A stretch of 64,000 nucleotides of DNA, taken from IMG/VR virus record IMGVR_UViG_3300045988_140174, positions 34,574-98,573 of that record. One strand, written 5' to 3'. The notes beneath the pieces are model-generated. The model did not search any database and was not told where the DNA came from. It worked only from the letters and a program-made list of their open reading frames with translations. Of the stretch, positions 11,955 to 21,201 are shown piece after piece. Position 1 is the first letter of the stretch. Each line of letters starts with the position of its first letter. Position numbers and translations under genes: made by a program. This stretch comes from a virus.

Positions 11955-13688
11955 TCAATTCAAGAAACACCAATCTTTAGCATTAAACTTTTTACGTTTC
12001 TTCTTTTTATCTTCTTCTAATTTTAAATAATATAGTCCATATTCAAAAGCAGAAAATTTATCTTTTCGGATACTTTTATTTGCTTGCTTCAGGATAATAT
12101 TTACTCCTTCAGTTTCTTCACGTAAATTCATCATTTCTTCTTTTAATATGGAAGTTAATGTAAATGGTTTTAATTCTTCTGCCCTCTATTCTGGAGTCAT
12201 AGTTTGACCTTTCTTTTTAGCAAGAAGTTTATTTTTTGCTACGCGCTCATCAATTAAAAATTTCACTTTTCCAGAAGCAAGTTGTGATTTAGCAATCGCG
12301 TGGGCCTCTGTGTTGAGTGGCGCATTAGCTTTTATAATATACATAGCATCTAATACTGTATTAGATGTTTTATATTTTTTATAAAATAAATCATCGTCAT
12401 TAACAACACCAAAATCAGGGAAAATTTCATTGGTTTCAGGGTCAATCTACGTCTTAACCATATAATCAATTAAACCAATTCCTAAACCATTACCATCAAT
12501 TACAATTCTATCAGCATTATATTTATAATATAATTTTTTTAATTTAATAGTTTGGTCTTCAAAATGTTCATCAGATAATGTATATATATTTACTAAACTT
12601 TTAATTGAACCACCTTGTGATTGTGGAGTTACTTTAAATACACAAATAACTGAATCGCATCCTTTACGACCAACATCGACAGCAAGTACATAAGATGCTA
12701 ATTTTGAATTACGCCCGGATGCTTCATATTCAGGCTAATTTAATATTCTATTTCTATCAAATATTTCAGCATTAAAAAATGCATCTTCTACTGTGCCAGA
12801 CCATTTACTTTCATACTCTCGGTCAAATGAACTTTCATTGAACGTTCCGTCCATTTTTAAGTCTTTAATAAAATTCGCATCTAACAATTTCATTAAAACA
12901 GGAATACGATAAGTACCACCCATAATAATAGATTGCTAAGGTTTAACAATCTCCCAAACTAATAATTGGATTAATTTATCATAGGGGAAAGTATTTTTAT
13001 ATCCAGCAGTAGTAATATAAATTTGAGATTTATTAAGAGTTTCATCAGGTTGAGTAGTACCATCCATACACATACGAGAAATATTCATTGTAGGAATAAT
13101 AACTTGTGATAAAATATCGCCATCAACGCCAACACACTCTTCAATTAAACCACCATGGCGACGTTTACCACGAGAAGACTCTCTCGCGGCAATATTATCA
13201 AAATATGAACCATTTTTAAATACATATTTAACATAATCCTTACCTTCAAGTGTCTAACCACGGCGCCAATCTATTTCTTTCTAAAATGCAGGAATAAGAG
13301 TACAAATTTCTTGAACTTTTTCTTTTACAATTCCAGCCGCTTGTTCTTTACCACCAGAAGTAATAAATAATTTACATCTGGGGTATAAAATCGCACGACA
13401 CATTAAGACCATCATTGACAAAAAAGATTTTGAATAAGCACGAGGGAATACAGCATAAATATATTTATGACGCATCGCAGCGCGCAAAAAGATTCTCTAA
13501 TAAAAATAGAGTTTAAAATGTTGAGGGCCGCCATCAGGTCCTGCCATAAAGTCGATAAACATATCTGGATATTCTCTCCAAAAGGCTATGTACTGTCTTG
13601 CTTCTGGTATAATCGCACGAAGACGGTCCTCTGAAATTCCAATCTTTTTACGCTTCTAAGATAAATCAAGTAAATCCTATAAAGCCAT
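11955..13688 (-). CDS. terL: terminase large subunit, 577 aa, about 10 in-frame TAG
   Basis: N-terminal ATPase region (CKLFITSGGKEQAAGIV) and RNaseH-like nuclease region (LAVDVGRKGCDSVICVFKV...VIDGNGLGIGLIDYM); track ORFs 13281..13487 and 12735..12923 share the frame; ends TGA. Confidence 0.85.
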
Positions 13689-13689
13689 A

Positions 13690-14886
13690 TTATCCTTCTA
13701 AATTCCTTAAAGTCTGAGCGTCTATTTCAGACTCTTCCTCAAGGAAATCATTATATTCAATTAAATCTTCATCTTTAAGATGATCGATTTCCTCCATCGT
13801 TAAATCTTCTTCAATATCTTGGTCTTCTTCTTTATTTTCTTCTTCTTGCATTTTCTTAATAGCCCCTTCAATGAGATTACCTAAATTCATCTCTTCGGTG
13901 ACTAATGTGTGTGTATAGTTCTTTAAATCTTGTAAAGTTTCATCAACTTTATCTTTTGGACCTTCTGTATAATAACGAGGAATAAATCCTTCAGTTTCAC
14001 ACATGGCCACTAATTCTCCAATAGAATCAAATGCTTCTCCTGTATCTGCTTTGTTTTGAGCGGCGGTGAAATTACCTGATTTCATTAGACTATCATAAAC
14101 CTTGCTCATCTTTTGGAAACCTTCGATATCACCAATATCGATCAACTAGTTTGCTTTTAAGGATGTCTTACAAATTAATTTTAATGTATCAATATGACCA
14201 GCGCCACGGATATCATAAGAACTCATCATTTCTTCATAGAGTTGCTCTAGTTTAACCCATTCTTCGGGTTTATATGCTTTACCCCACTTCATACGAAGAT
14301 ATAAAATATCTTCTTCTGTTAAATCGAGGTCATCTGCTGGGTCATGTTCAATACCATTCTATTGATCAAAATAATCATCACCATCTCTAAAACGTTCTGG
14401 TAATTCAGGAGTGTAAGGTTTTAATTCTTCTTCTGGAATAGCGACAGTAGATTTAGCAATAGCTGTTGCTATTTGCTGGGCATCATAGCCTTGTCGTTTC
14501 ATAGTTTGTTCTAATTTATTATTAGCCACTTCCTATAAAAACTCAGAATCTTTCCATCGATAATCTCTATATTGTTTAAGTTTCATTTTGGACAAATATC
14601 TACCTAAAATACTCATACCAGTTAATTTAGATTTATCTTGTCCATATTTTACCATTAATTTACTCCACTCATCTGGAACATAAGGTACATCAATTTCTTG
14701 TAGAATCCACATATAAGTTTCTGGATTCCAATTATCTACAAGCATTGTAATACATTTTTTACATTGAGGGAGTTTTCCATCATTTGGATATTTTTCTAAA
14801 TTATTAGATGTATAAAACTGGTCAGCGCCCATAGTTCTATTACATCGTTCGCAATAATATACTTTTTTATCATTATCTACAGTCAT
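13690..14886 (-). CDS. zinc-ribbon protein with acidic C-terminus, terminase small subunit candidate, 398 aa, 2 in-frame TAG
   Basis: immediately upstream of terL; N-terminal CERC...CKKC; track ORFs 14533..14886 and 13690..14145 joined in frame. Confidence 0.4.
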
Positions 14887-14928
14887 AATTTTCCTCCTTA
14901 TATCTATCCAATAACAGGCATCTCAAAA

Positions 14929-15993
14929 TTATAACTGTTTGCCCTTGTTTTTAGCATTACGGCATTTTTTACAAATACTATAATAACCATCTTTGCTAGT
15001 TTTATTTTTGCTAAAATATTTATTATGTGCTAATTTAATTTGCCCACAGCGACTACATTTTTTATATTTACCTTTTGCTTTATGTAAATAATAATCATAT
15101 AGGTATTGGTCTTCAGCCGCAGAGGCGATTAATTTTGGAATTTTATTGCGCCATAAACTAGAAATATATTCTAAACTATGAGTAATATTAAATTCCTCTT
15201 GAATTTTCTTTTGAATGTCTATATTCTATAATCCATCAATTTTATATTCAACTATTCTATCATATAAGGGATAATCTTTAAGAGCAATGGTACATAAATT
15301 ATCGAAATCTTCCATAATATACCATAAATCTCTTTCAAAATCTCCCCAACTATCTTGCTTTAAACGAGAATAATTACATAAAATTGCAGAACATACTCTA
15401 GGGTCTAAGAGTGAAACGCCATCCGGAATTGGATAACCATCATCATCAAAAATACAAGTCGTGTCCTCTAATGGAATAAAATTTCTTGAACGAGTAATTT
15501 TAGTCATAACAATTGGACGACGAACTGCATTTTTAATAACATACTAATCTTTACGCATTTCAATAATAGCACGTTTAATTATAAATGCCTCGCGTCCTTC
15601 GCTAACTCGTAATTTGGCTTCCCAAGTAGTAATGGCGTCTCTTAACTATTTTAAATGAGGTATTTCTTCTATATCTTTTTTAGTAATTGTAATTTTAGGC
15701 TAAAATATTGTATTTTTATTTTCAGTAATTAAATTATAAATTCCATCTTCGCCATTCTCAAATTGGGAAACAAGACCTTCAAAAGATGTTTCACGTTTAT
15801 TAACTGTTGCCATACGATTATCAGTTAATAATTTACGCTCCTTTTTCTCTTGTTTCTCCATACAAAGAATGATATAGTCCCCTAATATTTCTAAATATCG
15901 AGGAGAGGGGTCTGGGGTTTCCTCTAATATTTTCTTGACTAATTCATTTCTTTCTTCTGGAGTTTGTAAGGAATAATCTAATTTTATCATCAT
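14929..15993 (-). CDS. hypothetical protein with C-terminal zinc ribbon (CSRCGQ...CKKC), 354 aa, 3 in-frame TAG
   Basis: track ORFs 15700..15993 and 15226..15507 in same frame, continued through TAGs to TAA at 14929. Confidence 0.5.
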
Positions 15994-16018
15994 TACCTCC
16001 AGATTTTTTTACGTCTTC

Positions 16019-16047
16019 ATTATACAAAAAATTTTTCCAGGTGTCAA
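16019..16047 (-). promoter_or_regulatory. sigma70-type promoter for the minus-strand late operon
   Basis: TTGACA-17-TGTATAAT on the minus strand. Confidence 0.6.
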
Positions 16048-16102
16048 ATTTTAATAAATGCATTTAAAAAATTTTTAAACGATACTATTAATTGGAAAAA
16101 AT

Positions 16103-16131
16103 TTGACAATAAAAAAAATTTTTTGTATTAT
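16103..16131 (+). promoter_or_regulatory. sigma70-type promoter, divergent from 16019..16047
   Basis: TTGACA-17-TATTAT with TG extension. Confidence 0.55.
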
Positions 16132-16161
16132 TATTATAATAAAAAATAAAAGGAGAAGTTT

Positions 16162-16560
16162 ATGGTAATTGCTATTATTATATTAAGTATATTATTAATA
16201 TTATCTATTATATATAATATATTGTTTACAAAAGGAGTCGCTAAACTTCTTGACCCTGAAAACATTGAACAAAAATATAATTTAATAGCAGATTATTATG
16301 GAGATGCAAATAATATTGAAGAAAGTTTTCCTTGTTGTTTACTATTACATCTCCAATTTAATGCGAAAAAGTCCGCGAAAATTACAGACTTCTCTAATTA
16401 TGAAAATTCTAATATAATCGCTTATTCAGTTTTGTCCAAGGGCCCGCCACCGCCTGGATACGCCAATCAACTGGAAGAAGACGGCTCTATAAGAATATTA
16501 GTCCGCAATGTTCGAGTAAATAAATATAAGGATGGTGAATATTTTTGGGAGCCTATGTAA
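16162..16560 (+). CDS. membrane-anchored hypothetical protein, 132 aa
   Basis: RBS AAAAGGAGAAG; N-terminal transmembrane helix. Confidence 0.6.
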   Translation: MVIAIIILSILLILSIIYNILFTKGVAKLLDPENIEQKYNLIADYYGDANNIEESFPCCLLLHLQFNAKKSAKITDFSNYENSNIIAYSVLSKGPPPPGYANQLEEDGSIRILVRNVRVNKYKDGEYFWEPM

Positions 16561-16751
16561 TTGTTATCTTTTGGATAATCATTTCAGCATTAGTAATGTT
16601 TGAATATATTGATGCAATTCAAAGCGCCGGTGAAAATAAATTAATTGTTTGTCTAATATTTTTTATTGGTGGCCCAATATTTGCTGCGAGTGATTTATTA
16701 CAAAGAATTTTAGATATATTTTTACCGGAAGGGTGGAATGGTGATGACTGA
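16545..16751 (+). CDS. small membrane protein, 68 aa
   Basis: two hydrophobic helices; overlaps the upstream stop. Confidence 0.5.
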   Translation: MGAYVIVIFWIIISALVMFEYIDAIQSAGENKLIVCLIFFIGGPIFAASDLLQRILDIFLPEGWNGDD

Positions 16752-16770
16752 AAAATAGATTAAATATATT

Positions 16771-17070
16771 TTGAAAAATTTTAAACGAGGCACTACTATT
16801 CTATTTATGGGTGTATCATTTAATCAATATATTAATCTTGAACAATTAACTGAAGCAGGATATACTTGTATCTTATTGGGTGAAGGTCAAGATTATTGGC
16901 CATATATTCAAGATAATATGATTATTTATGTAGATAATATTGATATTAAAATTATGCGATTAAATTGTTATCCGTTACATTGCCCTATTTTTGTATATGA
17001 TAAAAATCGAGTAATGAATGCAGAAGATAGAGACGTGCGCGTTTGGGCAGAAGTGTTAAACGAGGAGTAA
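16771..17070 (+). CDS. hypothetical protein, 99 aa
   Basis: ORF with RBS. Confidence 0.55.
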   Translation: MKNFKRGTTILFMGVSFNQYINLEQLTEAGYTCILLGEGQDYWPYIQDNMIIYVDNIDIKIMRLNCYPLHCPIFVYDKNRVMNAEDRDVRVWAEVLNEE

Positions 17071-17071
17071 T

Positions 17072-17365
17072 ATGAAGATTTATAAATATTTAATTGAAAC
17101 TCCAGGGTCAACTCATATTATGGATCATCTGACTGATATTGTATCTACTGGATTAGATGTAAATAATAATCCATGCGTATGGGCAGTTTATGATGAAAAA
17201 GCACCCAAAAAATATTTCCAGATTAATGCTGTTGGCACAGGTTGGGAATTGGATAAATATGTAAATAATAATGATAAGTATTTAGGAGTTATTAATGATG
17301 GCGAGTATATTTGGCATATCATTAAGTCTTCTGGAGAAAAATGTCATATAATGGAGGAGAAGTGA
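17072..17365 (+). CDS. hypothetical protein, 97 aa
   Basis: RBS AACGAGGAG; overlapping start/stop. Confidence 0.55.
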   Translation: MKIYKYLIETPGSTHIMDHLTDIVSTGLDVNNNPCVWAVYDEKAPKKYFQINAVGTGWELDKYVNNNDKYLGVINDGEYIWHIIKSSGEKCHIMEEK

Positions 17366-17369
17366 TTTT

Positions 17370-17687
17370 ATGGAAGATGGAAAAAATTATTTTGATATTG
17401 TAATGCGAGAAGGTCAAGCAATAGTTCATAATGAAGGTTCTATTCATTAGGTTGATAGTTTAGGCCGTCTTGTTTTTCCTAAAAATTTAAGACAAAAATA
17501 TGGTATTACTCCTGGCGACCGTATGGAATTTTATACTATTGAATATAATGGTGAAGTTTATGTTGGAGTGCGAGTGAGTAAACGATATGGTAGTAGAATA
17601 GAGTATTTACGCGCTAAAGAAGTATTAGATGATTTGGGAATTGAAATTCCTCAAAAATTAACCGATGCTATTAATGGAGTAATGTAA
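17370..17687 (+). CDS. AbrB/MazE/SpoVT-family DNA-binding protein, 105 aa, 1 in-frame TAG
   Basis: swapped-hairpin motif VDSLGRLVFPKNLRQKYGITPGDRMEF; RBS GGAGGAGAAG. Confidence 0.7.
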
Positions 17688-17688
17688 T

Positions 17689-17832
17689 ATGCCTAAATAT
17701 AAAAGTTTTGGAAATGCCCTTGCTGCTAAAATGCAGAAAAAGGCTAATTATTATGCTACTAAAGCAGTTCATCAAATTGTATGGGGTGAAAACCCTAAAC
17801 GTGGTCGTCCTAAGAAGGAGAATAAGAAATGA
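17689..17832 (+). CDS. small basic protein, 47 aa
   Basis: ATG overlapping the upstream stop; K/R-rich C-terminus. Confidence 0.4.
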   Translation: MPKYKSFGNALAAKMQKKANYYATKAVHQIVWGENPKRGRPKKENKK

Positions 17833-17912
17833 TTCTTGAAGCATTGGCATTAATAGGATTAATTCTATTTTTTCCTATCTGGTTTTTTGGTAGAAATAAA
17901 ATTAAAAAGTAA
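17829..17912 (+). CDS. 27-aa hydrophobic peptide
   Basis: overlapping start (ATGA); single transmembrane-like segment. Confidence 0.3.
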   Translation: MILEALALIGLILFFPIWFFGRNKIKK

Positions 17913-18206
17913 TTCTTTTTACCGTTATCTGAATTGAAAAAAGTTTTGGTGAGAGTTTGTACCAGCCAAACAAAAAAATAAAAAGCAAAAAAAATTTTTT
18001 CCCGAAACCCACCCCCCGGTCGGTTTTTATCTGAGAAAAAATCTGAACACTATCGAGACCTTCTTGGGCTTGGCGCACGCGGAAAGGCTAGACCATCCCC
18101 AATACAGCCCCTCAACTCGCAGGACCGCGAATGGCTGTCGCGGTCCTCATTCGCAATAAATACAAACTCCACAAAAAATCTCTCGCAAATTTGTGTATTC
18201 TGCTAA

Positions 18207-18235
18207 TAGACACGCATCCTGAAACGTGGTATAAT
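18207..18235 (+). promoter_or_regulatory. promoter (TAGACA-17-TGGTATAAT)
   Basis: extended -10 and spacing; 26 nt upstream of RBS AAAGGAGG. Confidence 0.55.
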
Positions 18236-18260
18236 AGCACTATCAAAGGAGGAATAGTCT

Positions 18261-18356
18261 ATGTCTATCATCTACAAAGTCGTGCGCTTCATCACCGCGG
18301 TCGCTGTTGTCGCGGGCACTGGCATCTTGATGTGCCTCATCTGCCTCCCTCACTGA
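18261..18356 (+). CDS. 31-aa hydrophobic peptide (MSIIYKVVRFITAVAVVAGTGILMCLICLPH)
   Basis: own promoter, perfect RBS AAAGGAGG, own terminator overlapping the stop codon. Confidence 0.6.
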   Translation: MSIIYKVVRFITAVAVVAGTGILMCLICLPH

Positions 18357-18368
18357 GGGAGGTTTTTT
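18344..18368 (+). terminator. intrinsic terminator
   Basis: CCTCCCTCACTGAGGGAGG + TTTTTT. Confidence 0.75.
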
Positions 18369-18380
18369 GTTGCCCTAAGA

Positions 18381-19170
18381 TTGTTAAAAATTTAACGATG
18401 TAGCAAGATTGTTAAAAGATTAACAATGTAGTGAGATTGTTAAAAATTTAACAATCACTCAACCAAGAGAGGACAAGGACACGCACGGCACAGTGGACAA
18501 GGCAGAGCGAGCCAATGAGCGAGCGACCAACAGACAAAGAGAACAACACACAACACAACACAATGATAGATACATTGTTAATGTATTAACAATGTAGTAT
18601 AGTAGTATGGTATGGTAGTAGGTGGGGTAGGGGTGGGCTATGGGTAGTGGGTGGTGGAGGAGAGTAGACCAACAATAAGAGAATAGAACGCGCTTCCCAC
18701 CGGTCGGCTCACCAGGAACCGCGCACAACAAATCTAATGTAAGTATTCTATTTCTCTTTTGGGTTCATCATCGTTAACGGCCCTAATCGCCCAAGAATAA
18801 GCCCTCGCACAATTGCCAAACAACACAGCGGGGCAGGCGCTGAACCGCGCGCATCCCGCAACGCACAACTCTCACAGAGGAGCGAGCAAGATTGTTAAAA
18901 GTTTAACAATGTGAGAGCCAAGAGCAAGAGAGTAAAGAGTGCGCTTGCACAGGTAGCAAGGAGGATACACACGGCACAGTTGATACATTCGCTGACCGAG
19001 CAAGATTGTTAAAAAATTCACAATGTGTGGATGTGGTGAAGTCGCTGTTTAATTGTTAAAAATTTCACATTCGCTGTTGGATGCCGAACACGGTCGCAAC
19101 GCCCCAGACTTCACCACAGTAAAGTGGTAAAGAAAAAAAATTGCAAATGCGATTGTTAAAATAATCACAA
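18381..19170. repeat. array of 8 copies of the 18-bp palindrome TTGTTAAAA-N-TTTAACAA (ninth copy at 20313..20330)
   Basis: sites at about 18381, 18409, 18438, 18576, 18893, 19007, 19053 and 19154; dyad symmetry suggests binding sites for a dimeric protein. Confidence 0.7.
18459..18668. other. strand-asymmetric low-complexity region: T-depleted stretch, (CA)n-like run, C-free G-rich stretch with G-quadruplex potential
   Basis: 18459..18563 has only 2 T; 18594..18668 is composed of G/T/A; GGTGGGGTAGGGGTGGGCTATGGGTAGTGGGTGGTGG. Confidence 0.6.
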
Positions 19171-19212
19171 TCTCTGTCCCGAAAATAAATAGGTTATTTT
19201 TGAAAAAACCTC

Positions 19213-19241
19213 TTGACAAATTGCCCTATGTGTGCTACAAT
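19213..19241 (+). promoter_or_regulatory. promoter TTGACA-17-TGCTACAAT
   Basis: consensus -35, TG-extended -10. Confidence 0.6.
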
Positions 19242-19271
19242 GATTACAGTAAAACAAAGGAGGACGATACA

Positions 19272-19508
19272 ATGTCTAACATCTATGGAGTCTGCTACAC
19301 CACCAAAGAGCCTGTTGTCTACAACAGAGGGACACAGTGGGAGAAAACCTGTTCCGATTTCCTGTTCGTTCAGGCAAACAAGGACAATGGCACAGAGCTG
19401 GTGGACAAACTGAACGCTATGCTCGCCGAGGGTGTGGAAAAGTACGAACTGCTGGACATGACCAAGATTGACCATTTCTATCTTGACAAGTCCGAGGAAA
19501 TGTATTAA
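19272..19508 (+). CDS. hypothetical protein, 78 aa
   Basis: RBS AAGGAGGACGATACA-ATG; track ORF 19200 starts upstream of the promoter, so the internal Met is used. Confidence 0.6.
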   Translation: MSNIYGVCYTTKEPVVYNRGTQWEKTCSDFLFVQANKDNGTELVDKLNAMLAEGVEKYELLDMTKIDHFYLDKSEEMY

Positions 19509-19521
19509 GGAGGAACTGACA

Positions 19522-19710
19522 ATGACACGCACTATCGCTAATACCTACATCTGTATCAACAACGAGGGACAGACGCTCTCCATCATCGCCCGCACGGGCA
19601 ACGAAGCCCACAACATCGCAATAGGGTTTTTGCGGAAAGCCAACATCGTGAGCGTTCGTCGTGTATTCAAGTCCGGCAAGCTGGGCAAGGAAATTCTGAA
19701 AATTAAATAA
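19522..19710 (+). CDS. hypothetical protein, 62 aa
   Basis: RBS AAGGAGGAACTGACA-ATG. Confidence 0.6.
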   Translation: MTRTIANTYICINNEGQTLSIIARTGNEAHNIAIGFLRKANIVSVRRVFKSGKLGKEILKIK

Positions 19711-19716
19711 AATAAA

Positions 19717-19740
19717 CAGGGCGCAAGCCCTGTTTTTTTT
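19717..19740 (+). terminator. intrinsic terminator (GCAA tetraloop)
   Basis: CAGGGCGCAAGCCCTG + T8; identical hairpin repeated at 19992. Confidence 0.8.
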
Positions 19741-19750
19741 GAAAAAACTA

Positions 19751-19779
19751 TTGACAAATCCCGAAATAGGTGTTATACT
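19751..19779 (+). promoter_or_regulatory. promoter TTGACA-17-TATACT
   Basis: consensus spacing. Confidence 0.6.
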
Positions 19780-19811
19780 AAATACAGAAATTAAGAAATG
19801 AGGTAAACACC

Positions 19812-19991
19812 ATGAACACTAATTCTAATCTTTCCAACACCGCTTTCCAGTCCCTGCTCCGCACAATCCGCAACTATCGCGAAACATCTCGCCCGTTCTC
19901 CGCAATCACTACTTACAATGAGTTTTTTGACCGCATGAGCCAGGAACAGCGGGAAGAAGCGTATGAAGCACTCACCGGTAAATTGAATTAA
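19812..19991 (+). CDS. hypothetical protein, 59 aa
   Basis: RBS GAAATGAGGTAAACACC-ATG; below the ORF-track size cutoff. Confidence 0.5.
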   Translation: MNTNSNLSNTAFQSLLRTIRNYRETSRPFSAITTYNEFFDRMSQEQREEAYEALTGKLN

Positions 19992-20018
19992 CAGGGCGCA
20001 AGCCCTGTTATTTTTTTT
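19992..20018 (+). terminator. intrinsic terminator
   Basis: CAGGGCGCAAGCCCTG + T-run. Confidence 0.8.
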
Positions 20019-20038
20019 ATAAAATGCGAAAAAAACTA

Positions 20039-20067
20039 TTGACAAACACAAATAAGCGTGTTATAAT
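20039..20067 (+). promoter_or_regulatory. promoter TTGACA-17-TATAAT
   Basis: perfect consensus hexamers. Confidence 0.65.
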
Positions 20068-20099
20068 GAATACAGAAATTAAGAAATGAGGTACACAAA

Positions 20100-20288
20100 A
20101 TGAAGAACATCTATGAAATCGAGAACATCATCGACGAAATCCCCGCTGATGACTGGGCTGGCATTTGTAATTTGATGGACTACTACTATCAGTCGAATTT
20201 CTCCGCTGACGCTGAACAGAGACTGGCAAGGGCAATCGCTCCTTACGGCTTGACCGCAGAGGAAATCCTGACCTGGGACGCTGAATAA
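20100..20288 (+). CDS. hypothetical protein, 62 aa
   Basis: RBS GAAATGAGGT; same leader (AATACAGAAATTAAGAAATGAGGT) as gene 19812. Confidence 0.6.
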   Translation: MKNIYEIENIIDEIPADDWAGICNLMDYYYQSNFSADAEQRLARAIAPYGLTAEEILTWDAE

Positions 20289-20325
20289 GCGTCCTATTTT
20301 TTTGCTGTTGGATTGTTAAAATTTT

Positions 20326-20398
20326 AATGAGCATCGTCGCGCTCATCAGGCACGTGGCGCCCCGAAATATTATACCACAGCAGTCCACCAGTTGTCAA
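20326..20398 (-). promoter_or_regulatory. antisense-oriented promoter (TTGACA-18-TGGTATAAT on minus strand) firing toward a hairpin + T-run (20326..20345)
   Basis: rc of 20369..20398 gives a consensus promoter; ATGAGC-N8-GCTCAT + TAAAATTTT downstream on the minus strand. Confidence 0.5.
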
Positions 20399-20456
20399 GA
20401 GAAAAATGCGAAAATTTCGCACAAAATTTGCTATCCCGATTTGTATAGTTTGCCAA

Positions 20457-20485
20457 TAGACAAAATAAAATAAGCGTGTTATAAT
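20457..20485 (+). promoter_or_regulatory. promoter TAGACA-17-TGTTATAAT
   Basis: extended -10. Confidence 0.5.
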
Positions 20486-20518
20486 GAATACAACAAAACA
20501 ACAAAGGAGATACACAAC

Positions 20519-20827
20519 ATGATTAACATTCGTTCTATCCGCAAGCTGGGCAACAATGACGGGCTGACCCTCAAAATGGGCAAAAAGGTAAACTATAAAT
20601 CCGGCTGGCAGGTTGCCACAGAGGGCATCGAGTGCAAGACCGCACAGGAAGCCATTGACGCGGTGAGAGACTACGGCGGAAATTGTGGCGTGTGGTTCAG
20701 CGAGGGCATTTACTACATCGACAAGAGCAAGCGCGTGGCGACAAAGTGTGAAGCTATGGAAATCGGCAAAGCGTGCAATCAAATTTCCGTGCTGAAATGG
20801 GCGACTATGACGCTTGCCTACTGTTAA
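20519..20827 (+). CDS. hypothetical protein, 102 aa
   Basis: RBS AAAGGAGATACACAAC-ATG. Confidence 0.65.
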   Translation: MINIRSIRKLGNNDGLTLKMGKKVNYKSGWQVATEGIECKTAQEAIDAVRDYGGNCGVWFSEGIYYIDKSKRVATKCEAMEIGKACNQISVLKWATMTLAYC

Positions 20828-20832
20828 AATAA

Positions 20833-20858
20833 TAGGGCGAAAGCCCTATTTTTTTTTT
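20833..20858 (+). terminator. intrinsic terminator (GAAA tetraloop)
   Basis: TAGGGCGAAAGCCCTA + T10. Confidence 0.8.
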
Positions 20859-20879
20859 GAAAAAATTTTGAAAAAGGTA

Positions 20880-20908
20880 TTGACAAATCCCGAAATAGGT
20901 GCTATAAT
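20880..20908 (+). promoter_or_regulatory. promoter TTGACA-17-TATAAT
   Basis: consensus. Confidence 0.65.
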
Positions 20909-20939
20909 TAAACCATCAAATGAAGGAGGTCGCAAGACT

Positions 20940-21104
20940 ATGATGACTACTGTAAAGACTCCTGACGGCGTGCCCCCTGTTAAGCCTCTGTCCTATGTGC
21001 TGGGCGATGACTGGACGTACCTTTACAGCGATAGCTGGAAAGGCGTTGAATTCGACGTTCACGCGTGTATGAACGGCGAGGTTGTCGCAGTAGTCGAGGG
21101 TTAA
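20940..21104 (+). CDS. hypothetical protein, 54 aa
   Basis: RBS AAGGAGGTCGCAAGACT-ATG; the track ORF N-terminus would include the promoter. Confidence 0.55.
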   Translation: MMTTVKTPDGVPPVKPLSYVLGDDWTYLYSDSWKGVEFDVHACMNGEVVAVVEG

Positions 21105-21132
21105 TCCCTCGGTTATTTTTTTTATTTTTTTT
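21095..21132 (+). terminator. intrinsic terminator overlapping the stop codon
   Basis: CGAGGGTTAATCCCTCG + T-rich run. Confidence 0.6.
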
Positions 21133-21142
21133 GAAAAAACTA

Positions 21143-21171
21143 TTGACAAAATGCGCCTACGGTGCTATAAT
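21143..21171 (+). promoter_or_regulatory. promoter TTGACA-17-TATAAT
   Basis: consensus. Confidence 0.65.
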
Positions 21172-21201
21172 TAAACCATCAAAAGAGAGGAGCTAAACGC
21201 T

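Noticed and set aside
18131-18731. ORFs 18131..18403 (+) and 18459..18731 (-) over the palindrome / low-complexity region
   Set aside because: 18131..18403 spans a promoter, a complete 31-codon gene with its own RBS and terminator, and two palindromic sites. 18459..18731 is the translation of the T-depleted / G-rich stretch. Neither has expression signals.
19200-19271. N-terminal extensions of track ORFs that begin inside promoters (19200, 20814, 21627, 22199, 24253, 25850, 31078, 31550)
   Set aside because: The alternative-start calls (often TTG within TTGACA) place the start codon inside or upstream of the -35/-10 elements. The internal ATG preceded by an AGGAGG-type RBS was used instead.
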